From Nitrospirota bacterium (GTDB lineage: Bacteria > Nitrospirota > Thermodesulfovibrionia > Thermodesulfovibrionales > UBA9159): a stretch of DNA of 64,000 bases. The notes under the pieces are model-generated. The model was not told where the DNA came from and did not search any database. It worked only from the letters and a program-made list of their open reading frames with translations. Positions 57,491-64,000 of the stretch are shown here, piece by piece (within the stretch, counting starts at the first letter, position 1; each line of letters starts with the position of its first letter). The position numbers were made by a program, and so were the translations under genes. Location of the stretch: NCBI GenBank assembly GCA_023475105.1, contig JAMCWJ010000094.1:20724-84723 (forward strand), read 5' to 3'.

Positions 57491-58474
57491 TTACGATATC
57501 GCAAGCATCCGGTCGAGGGCCCGTTTTGCAGGTATCCTCACCTCTTCAGAGACTTTGATCACATTCCGCATCTCGTTGAGTGCGGAGAGAACGCTCTTCA
57601 GAGTCGTCTTTTTCATGTTGGGGCATATCATGTCTTTCCTCAGGGGATAAAAGGCCTTTCCGGGATTCTCCTTCTTCAGGCGGTGCATAAGTCCCATCTC
57701 GGTGCCGACGATAAATTCCTGTGCCGGAGAAGCATGTGCAAACCTGAGCATGCCCGAGGTGCTCGTCACGTGATCCGCCAATTCCAGCACTTCCGGCCTG
57801 CATTCCGGATGGGCCATTAGGGGAGCCCCGGGGTGGTCCCTCCTCGCTTTCGCGACGTCCTCCTTCGTGACCCTGTCATGGACATGGCAAAAACCGTCCC
57901 AGGCGATCACCTTCTTCTCCGTATTTTTCTGCGCCCACATCGAAAGGTTTCTGTCCGGTACGCAGATGACCCTTTCGTCGGGAAGGGATTCGATCACCTT
58001 CACTACGTTTGCAGAGGTGCAGCATATATCGCTCTCCGCCTTCACGTCAGCGGTCGTGTTCACATAGGCAACCACGGGCACATCGGGGTACTTCCCCTTT
58101 ATATCCCTTAAACTAAATTCATGAGGGAAAACAAAGACAGGTTGAGTTTCGTATCCCGGAAACGTCTTCCAGACTTTCCGGGTGGAACTCACCTCGATCA
58201 TGTCCGCCATGGGGCAATTGGCATCAAGCTCCGGCAGGAGCACGGTCTTTTTCGGAGAGAGTATCGAGGCGCTCTCTGCCATAAAGTTCACTCCGCAGAA
58301 GACGATCACCTCGCAGTCGATCGCTGCCGCAGTCCTCGACAGTTCAAGGGAATCGCCCACAAAGTCTGCGATATCCTGGACTTCTTCCCTCTGGTAGTTG
58401 TGGGAAAGAATGATCGCCCGCTTTTCGCGCTTCTGCTTCAGAATTTCTTCACGAAGGTCCTGAGAAAGGGGCAT
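57491..58474 (-). CDS. nadA: Quinolinate synthase
   Basis: HNYQ, GDSLELS, FCGVNFMAE, CPMA, YVNT, CTSAN, CHVH, HPEC, CPNMK. Confidence 0.96.
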   Translation of the reverse strand: MPLSQDLREEILKQKREKRAIILSHNYQREEVQDIADFVGDSLELSRTAAAIDCEVIVFCGVNFMAESASILSPKKTVLLPELDANCPMADMIEVSSTRKVWKTFPGYETQPVFVFPHEFSLRDIKGKYPDVPVVAYVNTTADVKAESDICCTSANVVKVIESLPDERVICVPDRNLSMWAQKNTEKKVIAWDGFCHVHDRVTKEDVAKARRDHPGAPLMAHPECRPEVLELADHVTSTSGMLRFAHASPAQEFIVGTEMGLMHRLKKENPGKAFYPLRKDMICPNMKKTTLKSVLSALNEMRNVIKVSEEVRIPAKRALDRMLAIS

Positions 58475-59188
58475 CTAGAACCTTGGATTCTTTTTGTAGA
58501 AAGGGGAATTGGTGAACAACACCGTGCCGTCTTCTTTCACAATCCGGTAAATGGATTCGACTACCGGGGCGGCGACGGTTGAAGCGGAACCCTGCGCCGA
58601 TGAAACAGGCAGGACAGTCTTCCCCTTATAAAGGGAAAGGACCCGTTTTACGTACTGCTTCGTTTCCGGGATTTGCGGAACGGACCGCGTCCTTTCGACC
58701 GTTTTCGGCCCCGCGTTGTAAGCCGCGAGCGCAAGGGTGAGGTCCCCTCCGAACTTCTCGATGAGATACTTCAGGTATCGCGTCCCGCCGTCGATATTTT
58801 CTTCAGGGTCGAAGGGGTTGCGCACATCGAGATCGTCTGCCGTGGTCGGCATCAGCTGCATCAGTCCCATCGCTCCTTTTCTCGAAACCGCGCGCGGATT
58901 GCCATTCGATTCAGTCTTGATCACGGCATGCAGGAGGGAGGGATCGAGATCATACTTATTCGCCTTGTCTTCAACAATGCGGGAGAAATCCTTCTCAGGC
59001 GCCGCGGTCTTCCCCTCTTTCGGCGACGTCGAGATATCGCTTCTCACCACCCTTACGGCTTTCTTATTCAGGGGGGCGTCCGTATAGCATATCACGCCGT
59101 TGTCATCCACATACCGGTAAATGTCCGCTGCAGATGAAGTAACAAGCATAAACACGATCAGGAATGCACCCGGTATGATGCGTACCAT
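58475..59188 (-). CDS. Lytic transglycosylase (SLT) with N-terminal DUF4124-like domain
   Basis: IYRYVDDNGV..YTD; AVIKTES, GAMGLMQLMP, ALAAYNAGP, ETKQYV. Confidence 0.92.
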   Translation of the reverse strand: MVRIIPGAFLIVFMLVTSSAADIYRYVDDNGVICYTDAPLNKKAVRVVRSDISTSPKEGKTAAPEKDFSRIVEDKANKYDLDPSLLHAVIKTESNGNPRAVSRKGAMGLMQLMPTTADDLDVRNPFDPEENIDGGTRYLKYLIEKFGGDLTLALAAYNAGPKTVERTRSVPQIPETKQYVKRVLSLYKGKTVLPVSSAQGSASTVAAPVVESIYRIVKEDGTVLFTNSPFYKKNPRF

Positions 59189-59195
59189 AGCTGAA

Positions 59196-59224
59196 ATAGT
59201 AGCACGCACCGCCTCTTCTGTCAA
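59196..59224 (-). promoter_or_regulatory. sigma70 promoter directly abutting the SLT start (leaderless candidate)
   Basis: TTGACA-N17-TACTAT-N7-ATG, no SD. Confidence 0.6.
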
Positions 59225-59243
59225 GCACGAAAGCCGCACGGCC

Positions 59244-59441
59244 CTAGGGTTCCCTTATCCCCACATAGGCAAAGTAGAATGCCATGACCGAAAAAAAGAG
59301 ACTGACAAGAGCGAGAACCAAAAAAAGCAGAGACCTTAGTCCGTTCCCGCTCCTGAAATGAAAGGCAACCCTCGGGGCGAGATTGACGGCACCGAAAAGG
59401 AGCATCAGCCCGATCAGCACCTGGGTAACAATTCTCATCAT
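59244..59441 (-). CDS. Small two-TM hypothetical protein
   Basis: Two hydrophobic helices, 65 aa. Confidence 0.5.
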   Translation of the reverse strand: MMRIVTQVLIGLMLLFGAVNLAPRVAFHFRSGNGLRSLLFLVLALVSLFFSVMAFYFAYVGIREP

Positions 59442-59556
59442 TTAACAAATTTAGACTAAACATAACCAAAAAATCAAATGCCTCTTTTCTCGCCGTAGTT
59501 GCGCACCGCACCCTTTTGTGATATATGTGGTAGTACACTCGCGAAAGGAGGGAGCT

Positions 59557-60747
59557 ATGGTTTACAAGAGATTCACGCGAAGGGATTTTTTGAAGACCGC
59601 CGGAGCGATCACCGCTATGGCGGCAACCGGCAGTTTTCCGACGAACATCTTTGCCGATGGAAAACGACTTGCGAAGTTTCCCGAGAAAACGGATATGATC
59701 CTTCTTACGTCAAGGCCGCCTCAGCTGGAGACGCCTCTCCATTATTTTAAGGAGATGATCACACCGAACGACGCGGTTTTTGTGAGATGGCATCTTGCCA
59801 ATATTCCGACATCCGTGAACGTTGCGCAGTGGAGACTAAAGGTTGGTGGAAACACTGAAAAGCAGGTCGAGCTTTCGATGGATGATCTCAAAAAGCTCGA
59901 AAAGGTTTCTCATACCGCGGTCATACAGTGTTCAGGGAATAGCAGGAGTTTCTTCGACCCTAGGGTTCCAGGGGGACAGTGGGGGAACGGCGCTATGGGT
60001 AATGTCACTTGGGCGGGCGCCCGCCTCAGAGACGTCCTCGCTATGGCGGGTGTCAAGGCAGGCTCGGTAGACGTTGCCTTTAACGGCCTTGATGGTCCCC
60101 CCCTTCCCTCTGTCCCGGATTTCGAAAAAAGCCTGCACATCGACCAGGCCATGGACGACGATATAATCATTGCCTACGAGATGAACGGCACATATCTGCC
60201 TATGCTCAACGGCTTTCCTGCCCGGCTCGTGGTGCCGGGTTGGTACGCAACGTATTGGGTGAAGTCCCTCAGTGACATCACCGTCCGTGATAAGCCTTTC
60301 GATGGATTCTGGATGAAGAGCGCGTACCGGATTCCCGATAATCCCTGCGGATGCATTCCGCCCGGCTCCGCCCAGAAGACATCAATCCCTATCAACCGGA
60401 TGACAACGAGGTCACTCATTGTCGACCCGTCTGAAGGTTCGTCAATAGCAGCAAATAAACCAGTGGAAATTACAGGGATCGCTTTTTCGGGAGGCTACGG
60501 CATCAGAGATGTGCTCATCTCGGCAGATGGCGGCAACTCTTGGAAAGAGGCAAGGCTCGGCCCTGACAAAGGGAGATACTCGTGGAAACAGTTCTTCTTT
60601 TCGTGGAGACCTGCGAAACCAGGCAAATATACTTTGATGTCGCGGGCAACGGACAACATCGGCGAGTCGCAACCACTTGACAGCCTCTGGAATCCAGCAG
60701 GGTTTATGCGGAACAAAATCGAAAAAGTCGAAGTTGTCGTAAAGTAG
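59557..60747 (+). CDS. sorA: Sulfite oxidase family molybdoenzyme (SorA-like sulfite:cytochrome c oxidoreductase), Tat-exported
   Basis: TRRDFLK, RPPQLETP, FVRWH, QCSGNSR, NGFPARLVVPGWYATYWVK, WNPAG. Confidence 0.88.
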   Translation: MVYKRFTRRDFLKTAGAITAMAATGSFPTNIFADGKRLAKFPEKTDMILLTSRPPQLETPLHYFKEMITPNDAVFVRWHLANIPTSVNVAQWRLKVGGNTEKQVELSMDDLKKLEKVSHTAVIQCSGNSRSFFDPRVPGGQWGNGAMGNVTWAGARLRDVLAMAGVKAGSVDVAFNGLDGPPLPSVPDFEKSLHIDQAMDDDIIIAYEMNGTYLPMLNGFPARLVVPGWYATYWVKSLSDITVRDKPFDGFWMKSAYRIPDNPCGCIPPGSAQKTSIPINRMTTRSLIVDPSEGSSIAANKPVEITGIAFSGGYGIRDVLISADGGNSWKEARLGPDKGRYSWKQFFFSWRPAKPGKYTLMSRATDNIGESQPLDSLWNPAGFMRNKIEKVEVVVK

Positions 60748-60756
60748 GAGGACACC

Positions 60757-61077
60757 ATGAGACTATATGTAGCTTTGGCAATAGTACTGGCAATGGCGGC
60801 AGGCATCGCCTATGCAGCTTCCGAAGAAATGGTGCATTCGATCACTTTACCCGCAGTCCATACCGAGCTGAAAACCGGGCCCGGCAAGGAGAAAACGGAA
60901 ACGCTTTGCGCCAGCTGCCATAGCGTCGATTACATAACAATGCAACCGAATTTTTCGAAGGCCGTCTGGACCGCCGAGGTGAACAAAATGATAAAGGTCA
61001 TGGGCGCGCCCATACAGGAAGTGGACGCAATGACCATCATTGATTACCTTGCCGCCGAGTACGGCACAGGGAAATGA
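60757..61077 (+). CDS. sorB: Monoheme cytochrome c (SorB-like)
   Basis: Signal peptide, CASCHSVDYITMQP, W.AEVNKM...GAPI. Confidence 0.85.
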   Translation: MRLYVALAIVLAMAAGIAYAASEEMVHSITLPAVHTELKTGPGKEKTETLCASCHSVDYITMQPNFSKAVWTAEVNKMIKVMGAPIQEVDAMTIIDYLAAEYGTGK

Positions 61078-61102
61078 CTTATCGTCAAGGAGGTGACGGA
61101 CA

Positions 61103-61429
61103 ATGAGAAAGATCTTCGTATTGTTCTGTGTTCCGGCTATCGCCGTATTCGTATTAGGAACGCTCGCAACAGCAAAGGAAAACGAGAAGGAGGGCCAGGC
61201 CCTCTTTCAGCAGAATTGTTCACCCTGCCATCCGAACGGGGGCAATGTGATCAACCCCGAGTTTACGCTGCACAAAAAGGATCGTGACAGGCATGGCGTG
61301 AAAACAGCGAAAGACATTATCGGCAAAATGAGAAACCCCGGACCGGGAATGACCAAGTTTGACGAAAAAACAATCTCTGACAAGCAGGCAAAGGAGATTG
61401 CCGAGTACATCATCAAGACGTTCAAATAG
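61103..61429 (+). CDS. Monoheme cytochrome c (c6/c553-like)
   Basis: Signal peptide, GQALFQQNCSPCHPNGGN, PGPGM. Confidence 0.88.
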   Translation: MRKIFVLFCVPAIAVFVLGTLATAKENEKEGQALFQQNCSPCHPNGGNVINPEFTLHKKDRDRHGVKTAKDIIGKMRNPGPGMTKFDEKTISDKQAKEIAEYIIKTFK

Positions 61430-61540
61430 GCGGTATCGTCATTGCGGGGGGGGCAGACAACCCCCCTTTGCGGTTCGCGGAGAATGGGCTTGTTTCCTCC
61501 GCAGTGGCGGTCTCCTTTTTCTCCCGTATGTGAAAGATTC

Positions 61541-61888
61541 GTGGTAAAGATCAAAAGGATATACGAGCCGCCTTCGCGGAGCGACGGCAAAAGGGTGTAC
61601 GTGGACCGCTTGTGGCCCAGAGGACTCAGGAAGGAACAGGCGCACTTCGACGAATGGATCAGGGACATTTCCCCAAGCGACGAACTGCGGAAATGGTTCG
61701 GGCATGACCCTTCGAAATGGCAGGAATTCAGAAGCAGATACAAGGCGGAAATGAAGACGAGAAAAGATTTCATCGAGAAACTCAGGGATTATTCCGAAAA
61801 GGGCACGGTTACGCTTCTGTACTCCGCCAAAGACGAGGAACATAACAACGCACTGGTCATAAAAGAGGTCATAGAAGGGAAACGATAG
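61541..61888 (+). CDS. DUF488/YeaO family protein
   Basis: IKRIYE...DG.RV.VDRLWPRGLRKE, SPSDELRKWFGHDP, TLLYSAKD.EHNNA. Confidence 0.9.
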   Translation: MVKIKRIYEPPSRSDGKRVYVDRLWPRGLRKEQAHFDEWIRDISPSDELRKWFGHDPSKWQEFRSRYKAEMKTRKDFIEKLRDYSEKGTVTLLYSAKDEEHNNALVIKEVIEGKR

Positions 61889-62070
61889 TGCCTGACGTGG
61901 CGCAAGAAGATGCCGCTCCTGCCTCTGAAAGGCACAGCCGCAATAACCTGCGGTCGCACGACCTGCCGGGCCGTTGCGGCTTGTACGTGGTCTTCTCGAA
62001 TACTTCTCCGGTGAGGAGAGCCCGAAACCTCCGGCATTGACATTCGAAATCGTTTCAGCAATCATGTACT

Positions 62071-63231
62071 ATGTCTCAGATCTGTGACAGATCTTCCATA
62101 GAGGCGATTGCCGGAACCGCTTTCACGACAGGCAACAGTGTGAAGCTCCTCTATAAGGGAAAGGATCCTTTCGCCGCCATTTTCCGCAGCGTCGAAGGAG
62201 CGAAAAGTCTCATCTGTCTCCAGTTCTACATATTCCGCAACGACGAAACAGGAATAGAATTGGCCGGACTCCTCAAGAAGAAGGCAGCCGAGGGCGTAAG
62301 AATATATATCCTTTACGATCACTTCGGGTCCATCGGCACACCGCGGCGTTTCTGGAAAGAACTTAAGAATGCAGGAATCGCGATACGCGCCTCAAGGCCG
62401 TTCAAATGGAGATCGGCCTTTCGCTATCCCCATCGGGACCACCGGAAATTGCTGATAATAGACGGTATAAGGGCATTTACCGGCGGACTGAATATTGCGA
62501 ATGAATACAGGGGATTTCACCTAAGGTCGAAGAAAAGATGGAGGGACACGGCCATCCTGCTCGAAGGCCCTGTCGTTGCGGACCTTTTCCTGACGTTCCG
62601 CAAGGCCTGGCAGAAATGGGGAGGAGACCCCATCACGTTCTGCGGTCAAACGACCCAGGGAAGTCCCGCCCCCGAGGCCGGCGGACTGGAGGCGGTTCCC
62701 ATTTTCGCTTCGTCCGCAAGGGGGCGAAGGAAGATGAGGAAGCTCCTCTATTACAGCATGGCCCGCGCGGAGAAGAGCATCTTTTTTACGACCGCATATT
62801 TTACCCCAAGCAGAAGGATGATATATTCGCTTGAAGAGGCGGTAAAGAGAGGCGTGCAGGTGAATCTGCTTTTGCCGGGTGAAAGCGATGTTCCCGCGGC
62901 ATATTATGCGGGCAGGGCCTTTTTCACGAGGCTCTTACGAACGGGAGTGAGGATATACGCCTACCAGGGAGAGGTCCTCCACGCGAAAAGCTATGTCTTC
63001 GACGGATGCTGGAGCGTGGTCGGCTCTGCGAACCTGGACTTTCAATCGCTCAGATGGAACGACGAGGGAAACGTGGGCATTCTCGACAATGGTTTCGGAA
63101 GCGAAATGATCCGCGTTTTCGAAGAGGACACCGCAAACTCCGAGGAGGTGAGGCTCGGGGAATGGCTGACCAGGCCGCTCTGCGAGAAGGCAAAAGAGAG
63201 GCTCTTCATCCTGTTCCGGCGGAGGCTGTAA
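62071..63231 (+). CDS. cls: Cardiolipin synthase B-like phospholipase D
   Basis: HRKLLIID and HAKSYVFD HKD motifs, GGLNI, WRDT, GSANLD. Confidence 0.88.
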   Translation: MSQICDRSSIEAIAGTAFTTGNSVKLLYKGKDPFAAIFRSVEGAKSLICLQFYIFRNDETGIELAGLLKKKAAEGVRIYILYDHFGSIGTPRRFWKELKNAGIAIRASRPFKWRSAFRYPHRDHRKLLIIDGIRAFTGGLNIANEYRGFHLRSKKRWRDTAILLEGPVVADLFLTFRKAWQKWGGDPITFCGQTTQGSPAPEAGGLEAVPIFASSARGRRKMRKLLYYSMARAEKSIFFTTAYFTPSRRMIYSLEEAVKRGVQVNLLLPGESDVPAAYYAGRAFFTRLLRTGVRIYAYQGEVLHAKSYVFDGCWSVVGSANLDFQSLRWNDEGNVGILDNGFGSEMIRVFEEDTANSEEVRLGEWLTRPLCEKAKERLFILFRRRL

Positions 63232-63282
63232 GAAACGGCTCGCGGGCCCCGGCGGGGCACAAAACCATTCGCGGGGGATTTG

Positions 63283-64000
63283 CTATGCGAACATCACTCC
63301 CAGGGTGTCTCCTACTTTAATCTCGAAGTCCCTTGAGGCATTGCCCCGGTACACGAAGAGTTCCAGCCGGTCCATGCTGTTGACAAGGGCATAGAGCTCC
63401 TTGTCTCCCGCCTGACTGTAATACTCTTTCATCGCGAGCTGCATGCCCTTCATCACGACCTTCAGCGTCCCCTCGGGCCTTACATTGCGGAGCATCTCGA
63501 GATCCTCCGCTCTGATATTCGTGATGGCGTTGCCGAAATGGTCGACATGGATCACCTGTCCTTCGAGGGCGGTCTTTGTAGGCATGGAGGGAACGGGGAA
63601 AGGCAATTTCACGTAGTCCGTTATCGGGGTGCCGAAATTCGGCGCCAGGACGCCCTTCGAAAGCCACGCGGCCACCGGCGCAAAAACGTCCCTGGCATGA
63701 AACGTCGCGCTCTGTTTCCGTTTGAAGTAATGATCCGCGGTGAGGTGGAGCACCTCGCATCGCTCGTTCTCGTAATACACCACCGAAAAGACTCCGTTGT
63801 CCGGACCGACGAAATAGTGATTTTCGGTTATCACCATGAGAGGCCTGCGCTCGGAGCCTACGCCTGGATCGGCGACAACCACATGGATTGTCCTCGACGG
63901 GAACAGCCGGTAGCTCATCCCGATCATAAGCGCCGCTTCCCGTACGTTGTACTTCCCGATACCGTGAGTGATATCCACCAGGTTCACATCGGGGTTGATG
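63283..64000 (-). CDS. SAM hydroxide adenosyltransferase / chlorinase-fluorinase family (DUF62), 5' truncated by the window
   Basis: DITHGI, DPGVGSER, GPDNG, SATFHARDVFAP, DHFGNAITN. Confidence 0.92.
   Translation of the reverse strand, partial: INPDVNLVDITHGIGKYNVREAALMIGMSYRLFPSRTIHVVVADPGVGSERRPLMVITENHYFVGPDNGVFSVVYYENERCEVLHLTADHYFKRKQSATFHARDVFAPVAAWLSKGVLAPNFGTPITDYVKLPFPVPSMPTKTALEGQVIHVDHFGNAITNIRAEDLEMLRNVRPEGTLKVVMKGMQLAMKEYYSQAGDKELYALVNSMDRLELFVYRGNASRDFEIKVGDTLGVMFA

Overview
Bacterial chromosomal window, moderately GC-rich. Gene content suggests an anaerobic Nitrospirota (Thermodesulfovibrionia)- or deltaproteobacterium-like organism (inference only). It has three parts. (1) 1-19.4 kb is core/metabolic DNA: a selenocysteine formate dehydrogenase (in-frame TGA plus SECIS hairpin), fhs, a multi-stem structured non-coding element, a radical SAM protein, a tightly coupled amidase/ECF-T/D-aminoacylase/C26 hydrolase/AI-2E/peptide-SBP cluster, a molybdopterin-binding gene split by an in-frame TAG, and a short class II RNR. 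(2) About 19.4-45.4 kb is an RND efflux cassette followed by an AT-richer, decaying stress/alpha-glucan island (USPs, MgtA, BON, CsbD pseudogene, AsmA, cls, GH57, TreY, YihY, VapBC). It holds many deletion-fused gene fragments and ends at tRNA-Pro(GGG). (3) 45.5-64 kb is housekeeping DNA: merR-ihfA, tatBC, HEAT/HD-GYP, a helicase-motif-less PriA, ribF, coaE, nadA, SLT, SorAB-like sulfite dehydrogenase with cytochromes, cls and DUF62. No CRISPR array, rRNA, integrase or intact transposase was seen. All family assignments come from motif recognition by eye, not from database searches.
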